64,000 bases of DNA. It comes from an uncultured Clostridia bacterium (lineage in GTDB: Bacteria > Bacillota > Clostridia > TANB77 > CAG-508). Location of the stretch: the NCBI GenBank assembly GCA_934157035.1, contig CAKPHG010000001.1, positions 137,342 through 201,341 on the forward strand, read 5' to 3'. The stretch's first letter is position 1. Each line of letters opens with the position of its first letter. This document shows positions 52,293 through 63,577 of the stretch, one piece after another. Both the position numbers and the translations under genes were made by a program. The notes below the pieces were generated by a model, which saw only the letters and a list, made by a program, of their open reading frames with translations, was not told the origin of the DNA and did no database searches.

Positions 52293-53285
52293 CTAACATA
52301 TTTTTAAATTTGGCACAGCATTTAATTCCAAATTTGATCTTACTCCATTTATGTAATTGTAGTATCCTGCTGATGCTATCATTGCTGCATTGTCTGTACA
52401 TAAAACTGGCTCTGGATAATAAACTTTTATTCCTTTTTCTTTTTCTAATTCTTGAAATCTGCTTCTTATATAGCTATTTGCAGATACTCCACCCGCTAGT
52501 GCAATTGTTTTTAAATTTAATTGTTCACACGCTTTTAATGCATTTTCTACCAATACATCTGTTACTGCTTTTTCAAAACTTGCCGCTAAATCTGCTTTGT
52601 TTACATCTGGATTTTTATGATGTAAGTTTATTACTGCTGTTTTTATTCCACTAAAACTAAAGTCTAAATTTTCAAAATGTGTTTCTGGAAGTTTTATATT
52701 TGCTTTTCCTTCTTTAGCAAGTTTGTCTATTTTAGGACCTCCTGGATAACCAAGTCCTATTACTCTTGCTACTTTATCAAACGCTTCACCTATTGCATCA
52801 TCTCTAGTTTTTCCTAATATTTCAAATTCTTTGTAGTCTTTTATATGTACTAAATGAGTATGCCCACCTGATACTACTAAAGCTAAAAATGGTGGTTTTA
52901 AATCTTTATGTGTTATGTAATTAGCTGCAATATGGCCTTCTATATGGTTTGTTCCAATTAAAGGTTTATTTGCAGCGTATGCAAGTGCTTTTGCATAAGA
53001 AACTCCTACTAAAAGCGCTCCTACTAAACCTGGTCCATACGTACAAGATATTGCTTCTATCTCATTTAAATTTATATTTGCCTCTCTTAGTGCTTTTTTT
53101 GTAACATTAGAAATAGCCTCCACATGATTACGAGACGCTATTTCTGGCACTACTCCACCAAATTTTTCATGAATTGGTACTTGTGAACTTATTATATTAG
53201 ATAAAACTTCTCTTCCGTTTTTTACTACAGATACTGATGTTTCATCACAACTTGATTCAATTCCTAATATATATATATCTTTCAT
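52293..53285 (-). CDS. tsaD: tRNA N6-adenosine threonylcarbamoyltransferase
   Basis: It is a Kae1/YgjD family protein ([10 protein letters not shown]). Confidence 0.9.
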   Translation of the reverse strand: MKDIYILGIESSCDETSVSVVKNGREVLSNIISSQVPIHEKFGGVVPEIASRNHVEAISNVTKKALREANINLNEIEAISCTYGPGLVGALLVGVSYAKALAYAANKPLIGTNHIEGHIAANYITHKDLKPPFLALVVSGGHTHLVHIKDYKEFEILGKTRDDAIGEAFDKVARVIGLGYPGGPKIDKLAKEGKANIKLPETHFENLDFSFSGIKTAVINLHHKNPDVNKADLAASFEKAVTDVLVENALKACEQLNLKTIALAGGVSANSYIRSRFQELEKEKGIKVYYPEPVLCTDNAAMIASAGYYNYINGVRSNLELNAVPNLKIC

Positions 53286-53327
53286 TTTATTTCCTTCTTT
53301 ATTTTAGAATTTTTTTAACTTATATTT

Positions 53328-54065
53328 TTACATTCCAAACAAATGACCTACTACACCTACTATTCCTTTGTACACTGCACTTATAACTGGTGAAATAATT
53401 ACTCCTGCTAAATCTGTAATCCATAATACTACAAATAAAATATAAAATATTTGTGAATAATTTTCAAACCAATTTCTTATATTATTTGGTAAAAAGTTTT
53501 TTAATACCTTTGACCCATCTAATGGTGGAAGTGGTATTAAATTGAATACTCCTAGACCAATATTAATAATAATTGTCATTTGAATTAATGTCAATATTAT
53601 TAACCCTACTTGTGTTAAACAAAATGCCGTAGCAAATTTAGCAATTACAAAATACAAAACTGTAAATATAATGGCTAATAATAAGTTCATTGCTGGCCCT
53701 GCTATTGAAACAATGGCTTCTCCTTTTGACATACTTATTGTTCTTTTAAAATTACTTGGATTTATTTCTACTGGTTTTCCCCAACCAAATCCTGCAAATA
53801 CAAGCATTAAAGAACCTACTGGATCTAAGTGAGCTAAAGGATTCAATGTTAATCTTCCTTGTCTTCTTGGAGTATCATCTCCCAATTTATCTGCTGCAAA
53901 TGCATGTGCAAATTCATGAAATGTTATTGCAATTAATACTGCTGGTAATGTTAATAATAAATTTAATAATTCCTCGGTATTTCTCAAATATCTTCCTAAT
54001 GATAGTATTACTATTATTGCAATTACAATATATAAAGTTCTTTTGTCAGTTCCAAAATTATACAT
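53328..54065 (-). CDS. Site-2 protease (M50) family membrane metalloprotease
   Basis: It has the motif HEFAHAFAA and is a multi-TM protein. Confidence 0.7.
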   Translation of the reverse strand: MYNFGTDKRTLYIVIAIIVILSLGRYLRNTEELLNLLLTLPAVLIAITFHEFAHAFAADKLGDDTPRRQGRLTLNPLAHLDPVGSLMLVFAGFGWGKPVEINPSNFKRTISMSKGEAIVSIAGPAMNLLLAIIFTVLYFVIAKFATAFCLTQVGLIILTLIQMTIIINIGLGVFNLIPLPPLDGSKVLKNFLPNNIRNWFENYSQIFYILFVVLWITDLAGVIISPVISAVYKGIVGVVGHLFGM

Positions 54066-54230
54066 TATCTATTTTTCCTTTCTACATTGGCTTTATCTAA
54101 TCTTAAACAATTTCTTTATAATTATACCATAATTTTAAAATTTATCAATTATTAACTATAATAATTTGATTTTTGTAGAAAAAACTGTTATTATAGTATA
54201 TATTGTAAAATAAAAGGAGATTATATAATT

Positions 54231-55079
54231 ATGTTTGGTTATAGGAGTGACGGAGTAAAATTAAAAAATATACCACCGTTTTTCAAGGTTATACCTTTGT
54301 TAATGAAAACAAGAAATGACTCTCAAGTATATTATTCAGAAGATTTACCTATTTCTTCTCTTGATGAATATATTGCTGAAAAAGCAAGTGAAGGTATAAA
54401 AATTACATATATGCATATTTTTTATGCTGCTTTAGTTAGAATGATGGCTATTCGCCCTCATTTAAATAGATTTGTAATTAATGGTAGAACTTATTCTAGA
54501 AATGGAATTTTCATTTCTTTAGCAATAAAAAAAGGATTAACTGATGAAGGAGACGAGACTACTCTAAAAATAGAGTTTGATGGCTCAGAAAATATTTTTC
54601 AAGTAAAAGAAAAATTAGAAAATGAAATCTTAATTAACAAAGATAAATTAGCTTCTAACAACACAGATGGTTTAGCTAAAACTCTTTCTCATATTCCTCA
54701 CTTTATTATGGAATTTACTGTTAATTTCTTAATTTTCTTGGACAAACATGGTATGTTGCCTAAGTCTATTATAGCTCTTAGTCCTTTTCATACAAGTGCA
54801 TTTTTAACAAATGTTGGATCTATTGGTATAGATGCAATATATCATCACTTGTATAATTTCGGAACTACTAGCCTTTTCTTAGCTATGGGGAAAAAGAAAA
54901 AAAGCTTTGTATATGGTGACGATAGTATTAAAGAGGAAAAATGTATTTCTATTGCTTTAGTTGGTGACGAAAGAATTTGTGATGGTTTTTATTTTGCAAG
55001 TTCTATTAAATCATTTAAAAAGTATATTAGAAATCCAAAATTATTAGAAGAAAATATTGCTAGACTTGAAGATATCTAG
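54231..55079 (+). CDS. 2-oxoacid dehydrogenase E2-type acyltransferase catalytic-domain-like protein. The catalytic His is replaced (DERICDG).
   Basis: ALVGDERICDGFYFA aligns with the E2/CAT motif LSxDHRxxDG, with Glu in place of His. Confidence 0.5.
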   Translation: MFGYRSDGVKLKNIPPFFKVIPLLMKTRNDSQVYYSEDLPISSLDEYIAEKASEGIKITYMHIFYAALVRMMAIRPHLNRFVINGRTYSRNGIFISLAIKKGLTDEGDETTLKIEFDGSENIFQVKEKLENEILINKDKLASNNTDGLAKTLSHIPHFIMEFTVNFLIFLDKHGMLPKSIIALSPFHTSAFLTNVGSIGIDAIYHHLYNFGTTSLFLAMGKKKKSFVYGDDSIKEEKCISIALVGDERICDGFYFASSIKSFKKYIRNPKLLEENIARLEDI

Positions 55080-55139
55080 TTTTTTATAAAAAAGAAAATA
55101 GTTTTTTTATTAAACTATTTTCTTTTTTGCTCTATAATT

Positions 55140-56624
55140 CTAATTTAATGGTTTCATTGTAGGGAATAGTAATACATCTCTTATTGAAGCTGAATCTGTA
55201 AGTAACATTACTAATCTATCAATTCCTATTCCTAGTCCACCTGTTGGAGGCATTCCATACTCTAAAGCTGTAACAAAGTCTTCATCCATCATGTTTGCTT
55301 CTTCATCTCCAGCATCTCTTGCTTCCATTTGTTTTTTGAATCTTTCATATTGGTCTATTGGATCATTTAATTCTGAATAAGCATTTCCATATTCTCTTGC
55401 ACCAATAAATACTTCAAAACGTTCTGTTAAACGTGGATCTGATGGTTTTCTCTTTGTAAGTGGAGAAACCTCTACTGGATAATCATATATAAATGTTGGT
55501 TGTATTAAAGTTTCTTCAACTTTTGCTTCAAATACTTGATTTATTATTTCTCCTCTTGTTAGTTTTAATTCATCTAATTCTACATGTAGTTCTTCTGCTG
55601 CTTTTTTAGCTTCCTCGTCAGTTTCAATTTTATTAAAATCTACTCCTGTTACTTCTTTTATAGAATCTATCATTGATATTCTTTTCCAAGATGGTGTTAA
55701 GTCAATTTCTGTTCCTTGGTATGTTATTTTTGTTGTTCTAAGTACTTTTAAAGCTACCTTTGATATAATTTCTTCTGTTATATCCATCATATCATTGTAG
55801 TCTTCATATGCTGCATATAGTTCTATGTTTGTAAATTCTGGGTTATGTTTTATATCCATTCCTTCATTTCTAAACATTCTACCCATTTCATATACTTTGT
55901 CAAATCCACCAACTATTAATCTTTTTAGATATAATTCGTTAGCAATTCTTAAGTACATGTCCATGTCTAAAGTATTATGATGTGTAATAAATGGTCTAGC
56001 TGCTGCTCCACCTGCTATTGTGTTTAATATAGGTGTTTCAACTTCTAAATAACCTTTTTCATTTAATATATTTTTAACTTCTTGTAATATTTGAATTCTT
56101 TTCAAGAATGTATCTTTTACTTCTGGGTTCATTATTAAATCTACATATCTTTGACGATAACGTAAATCTGTATCTTTTAGTCCATGGAATTTTTCTGGAA
56201 GTGGTCTTAAAGATTTTGAAAGAAGTGTTACTTCTTTTGCATGTATTGATATTTCTCCAGTTTTTGTTTTAAATACAAAACCTGTTATTCCTATAATATC
56301 TCCAATATCATCTTCTTTAAAATGTTTATAGCTATCTTCTCCTAATTCATTTATACTAACATAACTTTGTATTTTTCCATCTCCATCTTGTATATGACAA
56401 AATGATGCTTTTCCCATTATTCTTTTTGCCATTAATCTTCCAGCAACTGTTACATCTTTTCCTTCTAATTCATCATAGTTTTCCACAATTTGTTTACTTG
56501 TGTGTGTACGATTAAATTTTGTTATTTCAAAAGGGTCATTTCCTTCTTCTTTTAATTTAGCTAATTTATCTCTTCTAATTTGCATTAATTGATTTACATC
56601 TACTTCTGGTTCTTGATTTTCCAT
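55140..56624 (-). CDS. lysS: Lysine--tRNA ligase (class II)
   Basis: It is 494 aa with an OB anticodon-binding domain and a class II catalytic core. Confidence 0.9.
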   Translation of the reverse strand: MENQEPEVDVNQLMQIRRDKLAKLKEEGNDPFEITKFNRTHTSKQIVENYDELEGKDVTVAGRLMAKRIMGKASFCHIQDGDGKIQSYVSINELGEDSYKHFKEDDIGDIIGITGFVFKTKTGEISIHAKEVTLLSKSLRPLPEKFHGLKDTDLRYRQRYVDLIMNPEVKDTFLKRIQILQEVKNILNEKGYLEVETPILNTIAGGAAARPFITHHNTLDMDMYLRIANELYLKRLIVGGFDKVYEMGRMFRNEGMDIKHNPEFTNIELYAAYEDYNDMMDITEEIISKVALKVLRTTKITYQGTEIDLTPSWKRISMIDSIKEVTGVDFNKIETDEEAKKAAEELHVELDELKLTRGEIINQVFEAKVEETLIQPTFIYDYPVEVSPLTKRKPSDPRLTERFEVFIGAREYGNAYSELNDPIDQYERFKKQMEARDAGDEEANMMDEDFVTALEYGMPPTGGLGIGIDRLVMLLTDSASIRDVLLFPTMKPLN

Positions 56625-56764
56625 AAGTTACAACCTACTTTCTCTTTCAAATTTACCAATATATTATATAGCATATTTTAGAAAAAGTAAACCTTTATTT
56701 AAATAAAACCTTATAAAAAGGAGAAAACAAGGAAAAGCATTGCTATTTCCTTGTTTTTGTTGTC

Positions 56765-57577
56765 TTATGGAATAAATACATAAGCTTCTAATGTTGTTCT
56801 TCCATAATTTAAAGCCTCATCATGAGAACCTAAAAATATGTCTAACTTTCCATTAGTAATGGCTCCACCTCGATCTTCAACTGTAAACCATCCTTCATTT
56901 GGCATATCCGCAAGTGCCGGAATATAAATTATTGTTCCAAACGGATATTTTTTTCCAGCTGCTACAGTAGACCATTCAGTTGCCTTTTTTCCTGATGCTG
57001 TAATTGCATCTGTTTTTCCACAACAAATCTCGCAAGCACAATATGCTGAAGTATCAAAATTCTCAGATATTGGTGTAATTCCCTCTATTTTAGAATTTAT
57101 GTCTTCGGGTATTTCTTGTGGTAAAACTATTTCTTTTGGCTGCTCAATACTACTTTCCACTAAAACTGTTTTTTTTGTTGTCACCTCTTCTTGATTTAAT
57201 TGCATTGCCTCTGTTACTTCTGTTGTGTCTGTTACTTTTACTTGCTCATTGATTGCATTAGATGTTGCTTGCTCTTCTTTTGTTTGGTAATAAAGATTAT
57301 CTTCCCGTAACATTTGTATTTCTTCTTCTGGGATTGAAAGCATGTATGCTTTTACCATATCTTGAACAGTTTTGGGTTCATTTTCTATGTTTTGCATATT
57401 AGCTCTTTCATACTCTTCAATCCTTTGATCCATTTTTTTCATTTCTATTTCGAAATCTACTATTGTCTTAATCGTAAAACCAAATAGAAACAAACTTATT
57501 ACTACCAAAGCTTTAATTAACACAGTTTCAATAAAATCGCAAGCATTTACAATGTCTAACCGTGAAATTTTTTTCAT
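56765..57577 (-). CDS. 3D (Asp-Asp-Asp) domain protein with an N-terminal TM helix
   Basis: The C-terminus contains a 3D domain: WSTVAA...YPFGT...VEDRGGAI...LDIF. Confidence 0.6.
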   Translation of the reverse strand: MKKISRLDIVNACDFIETVLIKALVVISLFLFGFTIKTIVDFEIEMKKMDQRIEEYERANMQNIENEPKTVQDMVKAYMLSIPEEEIQMLREDNLYYQTKEEQATSNAINEQVKVTDTTEVTEAMQLNQEEVTTKKTVLVESSIEQPKEIVLPQEIPEDINSKIEGITPISENFDTSAYCACEICCGKTDAITASGKKATEWSTVAAGKKYPFGTIIYIPALADMPNEGWFTVEDRGGAITNGKLDIFLGSHDEALNYGRTTLEAYVFIP

Positions 57578-57670
57578 TTTCTACTATTCTCCTTTTCTAA
57601 TACCATTTGGTATTTTAGTAAAAAAAACTTATATTTTATATTATACCACATTTTCCATCTTTTTGCAATT

Positions 57671-59299
57671 TTATACTGCCATGCGTAGTTGTTTTGCATG
57701 TTGTATTGAAACTTCATTTATATCTCCACTTGCAATTCTTGCAATTTCTTTTATTGTTCCTTCTTCGTTTAATTTCTCTACTTTTGTTCTTGTTTTATTA
57801 TCTTCTATAGCCTTGCTTATATAGTAGTTATATGTTCCTTGTGCTGCTATATTAGCCAAATGTGTAATACAAAGAATTTGATGATTTTTTGATATTTTCT
57901 TCATTTTGCTTCCTACTGATTTTGCAGCTATTCCACTAATTCCTGTATCTATTTCATCAAAAATTAAAGTTGGAATTTTATCTACTTCACTAAGAACAGA
58001 TTTTATTGCAAGCATTATTCTTGACATTTCTCCTCCTGAAGCTATTTTTATAATAGGCTTTTCTTCCTCTCCAATATTAGTAGAAATAAGAAATTCTATT
58101 TCATCTAATCCATTTTTATTAAAGAATTCTTTATCATTATATTCTACTTTTACATTAAATTTTGCGTTTTTCATTTCTAGTTCTGTTAATTCTTTATTTA
58201 TTTTTTGAGATAGTTCATTTGCTTTCTCTTTACGAATTTGATGCATCTTATCTGCTAATAACTTCATCTGTTTTCCTGTTTCTATTAATTTACTTCTTAA
58301 TTTTTCATTAATTTCATCTAAATTTTCTATTTCATATATTTCATTTTCTACTTTTTCTTTATATTTTAATATCTCTTTAATGCTATTTCCATACTTTCTT
58401 TTCAACGAAAATATAGTATCTAGTCTCTCTTCTATTTCATTTCTTTCTTCTTCATCAAAATATACATCTTCTTTCATTGAACTTATGTCTCTTGAAATTT
58501 CTTGTATATCATAATATATATTTTTTAACTCTGTTAGTTTTTTACTGTATATTTCATCTATACTTTCTATTTTTTCCAATGCTCTTATTGCTGAGTTTAT
58601 ATTGTCTACCGCTTCATTTGACAAACTATTATCTGCTATTTCTATATTTTCTATTATTTTTTCTGAATTGATTATTTTTTTCCTTTGTTCTTCTAATTTT
58701 TCATCTTCACCTTCTTTTAAATTTACCTCTTTTATTTCATCTAATTGGTATTTTAGTAAATCCAATTTTCTTTGCTTTTCCGTTTCATCTCCATAATTAT
58801 TTTTTAATTCTAACTTTATTTCATTATATATATTGTACAAATTCTTATATTCTGTTTTTATTAAAGATATTTCTTTTCCAATAAAACTATCTAAATATTC
58901 TATATGAGACGCTTTATCTAAAAGCATTTGATTATCATTTTGACCATGTATGTCTATTATTTGTTTCATAAATTCTTTTAATTCATTAACTGTTACTAAT
59001 CTTCCATTTATTTTGCAAGAATTTCTTCCATTAGCATATATTTCTCTTGAAACAATTATATTTCCATCTATTGAATTTTCGTTTTCTGGCAAATATATAC
59101 ATGCCTCTATATATGAGTATTCTTCACCTTTTCTTATCATTTCTTTAGAAAATCTATTTCCACAAATTATTCCTAAAGAGTCTATAATTAATGTTTTTCC
59201 CGCTCCAGTCTCTCCTGTTAATACATTAAATCCATTTTCTAAATTTATACTTAAGTTATCTATTATTCCTATATTTTTTATTTGAATCGTACTAATCAT
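57671..59299 (-). CDS. recN: DNA repair protein RecN
   Basis: It has an SMC-like ATPase, with LTGETGAGKT at the N-terminus and a coiled-coil middle region. Confidence 0.85.
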   Translation of the reverse strand: MISTIQIKNIGIIDNLSINLENGFNVLTGETGAGKTLIIDSLGIICGNRFSKEMIRKGEEYSYIEACIYLPENENSIDGNIIVSREIYANGRNSCKINGRLVTVNELKEFMKQIIDIHGQNDNQMLLDKASHIEYLDSFIGKEISLIKTEYKNLYNIYNEIKLELKNNYGDETEKQRKLDLLKYQLDEIKEVNLKEGEDEKLEEQRKKIINSEKIIENIEIADNSLSNEAVDNINSAIRALEKIESIDEIYSKKLTELKNIYYDIQEISRDISSMKEDVYFDEEERNEIEERLDTIFSLKRKYGNSIKEILKYKEKVENEIYEIENLDEINEKLRSKLIETGKQMKLLADKMHQIRKEKANELSQKINKELTELEMKNAKFNVKVEYNDKEFFNKNGLDEIEFLISTNIGEEEKPIIKIASGGEMSRIMLAIKSVLSEVDKIPTLIFDEIDTGISGIAAKSVGSKMKKISKNHQILCITHLANIAAQGTYNYYISKAIEDNKTRTKVEKLNEEGTIKEIARIASGDINEVSIQHAKQLRMAV

Positions 59300-59323
59300 A
59301 ATATATTTTGCCTCCTATTTTCA

Positions 59324-59378
59324 CGAATTATTGTTCGTTTGTATTTTTATTATATAATCGAATATTTGTTTTGTCAAT
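59324..59378 (-). promoter_or_regulatory. recN promoter (TTGACA-17-TATAAT) with LexA (Cheo-box-like) operator CGAACAATAATTCG
   Basis: The minus-strand TTGACA is rc of 59373-59378 and TATAAT is rc of 59351-59356. CGAATTATTGTTCG at 59324-59337 matches CGAACRNRYGTTCG at 12-13 of 14 positions. A weaker second half-site is CGAATATTTGTTTT at 59359-59372. Confidence 0.5.
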
Positions 59379-59517
59379 ACATTTTTCATACTTTTATTTT
59401 TTTATTATTTAAAGGAAAAAAGTAACCAGTTTCCTAATGTCTTTTGTTCTTGACAAATATGTTTTTATGGAATTATAATGTATTTGTAAACACGCATAAA
59501 ATAAGGAGTTTTTTATA

Positions 59518-61974
59518 ATGCAAAATTATTTAAATAAATTAGAATATGATAAAATTTTAACTTTACTTTCAAGTAATTCAAAGACATATTTAGGTAAAGA
59601 ACTTTGTTTAGATTTAAAACCTTCTAATTCAAAAGATAAAGTTGTAACTTTATTAAAAGAGACTGATGAAGCTTGCACTCTTTTGTTACGTAAGGGTAAT
59701 TTGCCTATATCAGATTTTGAAGATATTTCTTTATCTGTTAAAAATTTGGAGAGTAATATTTCTTTAAGTGCAAAAGCCTTGCTTGATATTGCAAATGTTT
59801 TAAGGATTTCGAGAGATTTAAAAGAATATTTTTATAAAGATGAAGATTTTGATTTATCAAATTTTTCTATTTTAGATTCATATTTTAGTAGATTATACTC
59901 AAATAAAACTATAGAAGATAAAATTTTTACTTGTATTATAGATGAAAATACTATAGCTGATGATGCTTCAACAGTTTTGGCTAATTTGAGAAGAAATAGA
60001 AGAAAATTAGAAAATCAAATTAAAGACACTTTAAATAAAATAATTCACTCTAACACTAAAGCTATAATGGATCCTATTGTTACTATTAGAAACGATAGAT
60101 ATGTTATTCCTGTAAAAGAAGATTTTAAAGGTCAAATTAAAGGCTTTGTTCATGATGTATCTGCTAGTGGTTCTACCGTATTTGTTGAACCTATGGCTGT
60201 TTTTGAATTAAACAATAGTATTTCTAATATTAAAGTAGAAGAGTCTATTGAGATTGAAAAAATATTAGCTAATTTATCTTCTTTATTGTTTGATTTAACA
60301 GCCGAATTAAATAATGATGTATACCTTTTAGGAAAATTAGACTTTATTTTTGCTAAAGCTAGTTTCTCAAAAAGTATAAGTGCAATTTGCCCTATCGTTA
60401 ATGATAATAAATGCATTAATTTAATAAAAGCACGTCATCCATTAATAGACAAGGATAAAGTAGTTCCTATCGATGTAGAAATTGGCAAAAATTATTCTTC
60501 TTTAATTATTACTGGTCCAAATACTGGTGGAAAAACTGTCACTTTAAAAACTGTTGGACTTCTAACTTTAATGGCTTGTAGCGGTTTGTTTATTCCTGCT
60601 GAAGAAAATAGTAGTATATATGTTTTTGATAATGTCTTTGCTGATATTGGTGATGAACAAAGTATTGAAGAATCTTTAAGTACTTTTTCTTCTCATATTA
60701 GCAATGTAGTTCACATTATTAATAATTCTACATCTAATAGCCTTATTTTATTAGATGAGTTAGGCTCTGGTACAGATCCTATTGAAGGTTCTAGCCTTGC
60801 AATTAGTATTTTAGAACATTTTCATAGTATAGGAGCTATCACTTTTGCAACTACTCATTATCCAGAAATTAAAAATTATGCATTAGTAACCGATGGTTTT
60901 GAGAATGCAAGTTCAGATTTTGATATAGAAAATTTAAAACCTACCTATAAATTATTAATTGGTATTCCAGGTAAGAGTAATGCCTTTGCTATTAGTAAAA
61001 AACTTGGCATTTCTAATGATATTTTAGATAGAGCTAAAAGTTTTCTAAAGGAAGATGAAATAAATATTGAAGAGCTTCTAAAAAATATTTATGATGATAA
61101 ATTAATTATTGAAAGTGAAAAAGAAGAGATTACAAAAAATAAAAATCAGATTGAACTTTTAAGAAAAAGTTTAGAACAAGAAAAAAATACTCAAAATGAT
61201 TTAAAAGAAGATAAGATTGAAAAAGCTAAAATTGAAGCAAAAAATCTCCTTTTAGATGCTAAAGAAGAAGCTAATAGCACTATTAAGGAATTAAATACTT
61301 TGTATAATAACTTGAAAGACTTTGAAGAAGTTGATTTAGATAATTGGTCCGACACTCAAATTGCTAATTTTGTAAAAAGCCATTTTAAAAAGGGAACTTT
61401 AAAGCAAGCTAATTTATACAGAAATAAACTAAATTCTTCTTTGGATAAATTTAATAGTACTAATTCAAATATTGAAAATATAAATAATTCTGAGATTAAG
61501 CATTTTTCTAAAGATGATTTATGTATTGGTATGAAAATTAAGTTATCTAACTTTAACGATATTGCAACTATTATTTCTTTATCTGGCAAGAAAAATATTC
61601 TTCAAGTTCAAGTAGGAAATATTAAAACAAATATTTCTTTAGATGATATTGTAGAAATTAATATTAAAGACAAAGGCATAAATAATACTAGCTCTAAAGC
61701 ATCTTCTGTGACTTCATTTAAATCAAAGGAAGTTACTCCAGAAATAAATGTTATTGGTCAAAATATTGAAGAAGCATGTTTTGTAATAGACAAATATTTA
61801 GACGATTGTGCAATTGCAAAACTTAGCCCTGTGCGCATTGTTCACGGAAAAGGCACAGGTAAATTAAGAGAAGGAATTCACAATTTTCTTCGAAAAAATT
61901 CTCATGTAAAAAGTTTTAGACTTGGTACTTTTGGTGAAGGTGAAATGGGAGTTACTATTGTTGAGCTAAAATAA
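59518..61974 (+). CDS. mutS2: Endonuclease MutS2 (MutS domain + C-terminal Smr)
   Basis: It has Walker A GPNTGGKT and a C-terminal Smr domain (VIGQNIEEA...RIVHGKGTGKLR). Confidence 0.85.
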   Translation: MQNYLNKLEYDKILTLLSSNSKTYLGKELCLDLKPSNSKDKVVTLLKETDEACTLLLRKGNLPISDFEDISLSVKNLESNISLSAKALLDIANVLRISRDLKEYFYKDEDFDLSNFSILDSYFSRLYSNKTIEDKIFTCIIDENTIADDASTVLANLRRNRRKLENQIKDTLNKIIHSNTKAIMDPIVTIRNDRYVIPVKEDFKGQIKGFVHDVSASGSTVFVEPMAVFELNNSISNIKVEESIEIEKILANLSSLLFDLTAELNNDVYLLGKLDFIFAKASFSKSISAICPIVNDNKCINLIKARHPLIDKDKVVPIDVEIGKNYSSLIITGPNTGGKTVTLKTVGLLTLMACSGLFIPAEENSSIYVFDNVFADIGDEQSIEESLSTFSSHISNVVHIINNSTSNSLILLDELGSGTDPIEGSSLAISILEHFHSIGAITFATTHYPEIKNYALVTDGFENASSDFDIENLKPTYKLLIGIPGKSNAFAISKKLGISNDILDRAKSFLKEDEINIEELLKNIYDDKLIIESEKEEITKNKNQIELLRKSLEQEKNTQNDLKEDKIEKAKIEAKNLLLDAKEEANSTIKELNTLYNNLKDFEEVDLDNWSDTQIANFVKSHFKKGTLKQANLYRNKLNSSLDKFNSTNSNIENINNSEIKHFSKDDLCIGMKIKLSNFNDIATIISLSGKKNILQVQVGNIKTNISLDDIVEINIKDKGINNTSSKASSVTSFKSKEVTPEINVIGQNIEEACFVIDKYLDDCAIAKLSPVRIVHGKGTGKLREGIHNFLRKNSHVKSFRLGTFGEGEMGVTIVELK

Positions 61975-62074
61975 AAAAATTAAAGGAATGAATACTGTTT
62001 GATTCAGAATTCATTCCTTAATAATTATTGAATATTTTACTTTAAATTTAATAGTTTTAAAATAAATTTCTTTT

Positions 62075-62584
62075 TTATTTTAAGTCTATTTTTATTTCTC
62101 TTTCTTCTTTTAATTCTATCTTTTTATATGTAACATTACATTCATCAAAAAGTCTTCTAGATGCAATATTGTTTTCAGAATTTGCATATTTGTCAGATAA
62201 ATATATTACTTCCTTTATTCCTGATTGAATAATTATTTTAGCACATTCATTACATGGAAATAAATCAACATATATTTTAGAGTTTTCTAAATCTTTTTTG
62301 CTTCCTCTATAATTCAAAATTGCATTTAATTCTGCATGACACACGTATGGATATTTAGTATCCAAATTTTCACCATCTCTACCCCATGGAAATTTTTCAT
62401 CACAAAATCCATTTGGTGCTCCATTATATCCTATTGATAAAATACGATTGTCATTACTTACTATACAAGCTCCAACTTGTGTAGAAGGATCTTTACTTCT
62501 CATTGCAGAAAGTTTCGCTATTGCCATAAAGTATTCATCCCAACTAATGTAATCATTCCTTTTTTTACATTTGTTTTCTTCCAT
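62075..62584 (-). CDS. dCMP deaminase (ComEB-like cytidine/deoxycytidylate deaminase)
   Basis: It has the zinc-binding motifs HAELNAI and PCNECAK. Confidence 0.8.
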   Translation of the reverse strand: MEENKCKKRNDYISWDEYFMAIAKLSAMRSKDPSTQVGACIVSNDNRILSIGYNGAPNGFCDEKFPWGRDGENLDTKYPYVCHAELNAILNYRGSKKDLENSKIYVDLFPCNECAKIIIQSGIKEVIYLSDKYANSENNIASRRLFDECNVTYKKIELKEEREIKIDLK

Positions 62585-62736
62585 ATTTTAACACTCCTTT
62601 TCTAAAAAGTATAAATTAAATATATTATTTATATAAAATTTATTTTCTATATTTATCTTCCTTTAGAACTTTTTATTTATAAAACAAGAGACACCAAAAA
62701 TATTTTTAACTTAACTGATGTCTCTTTTGTTTATTT

Positions 62737-63555
62737 TTATTGATTAAAACTAGAACTATAATATCTCATTAAATAATTATAGTAATTAAATGGTTCCACT
62801 GTTTCTGGCTCACCATAATCTACTCCATAGGTTTCAACATTAATGCTTGTAATAACTGGTTTGTTAATTGGCATATCTGCTGTTAATTTGTTTCCTTTCT
62901 CATCTTTTGGAGCTTCTTCACCTTCTTTTAAATCTTCACTTCTATATGTTACTTCTGTATTAGCTATTTTATCTACAACATCCATTCCTTCTATTACTTT
63001 TCCAAATCCTGCATATAATCCATTTAAAGAAGTGTTTGATTTATGCATAATAAAGAATTGTGAACCTGCTGAATTGTATCCCTCTTCTGTTAAACTACTG
63101 CTTATACTGCTATAATCTGAACGAGCCATTGCAATAACGCCTTCTTCTAATTTTATTTTATTTTTTGTAAAATTATTAGCAATCATTTCTCCTTTTATGG
63201 CGTATGTAGATGTGTCACCATTTCCTTTTAAATCATTAATTGTTGGTGTTCCTGTACCATTTCCATTTTTATCTCCACCTTGAATCATAAAACCTGGTAT
63301 TGTTCTATGAAATGTAAGTCCATTATAAAATCCACGATTTGCTAAAGCTATAAAGTTTGTTACTGTGTTTGGTGCTTGATCTGGATATAACTCTATTTTA
63401 ATTGTTCCATAATCTTGCACTTCTATTGTTGCTATTGGATTTTGAACCTTCTTGGTAATTTTTATATATATTCCATATCCTACAAATCCTATTGCTATTA
63501 TAACTAATATTATAGCAATTATTAAAATTATTTTAATTAATAAGTCTTTTTTCAT
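62737..63555 (-). CDS. Cyclophilin-type peptidyl-prolyl isomerase with an N-terminal membrane anchor
   Basis: It has the motifs FHRTIPGFMIQGGD and FFI. Confidence 0.8.
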   Translation of the reverse strand: MKKDLLIKIILIIAIILVIIAIGFVGYGIYIKITKKVQNPIATIEVQDYGTIKIELYPDQAPNTVTNFIALANRGFYNGLTFHRTIPGFMIQGGDKNGNGTGTPTINDLKGNGDTSTYAIKGEMIANNFTKNKIKLEEGVIAMARSDYSSISSSLTEEGYNSAGSQFFIMHKSNTSLNGLYAGFGKVIEGMDVVDKIANTEVTYRSEDLKEGEEAPKDEKGNKLTADMPINKPVITSINVETYGVDYGEPETVEPFNYYNYLMRYYSSSFNQ

Positions 63556-63577
63556 TTTCTTTCCTACTTTCCTTTGT

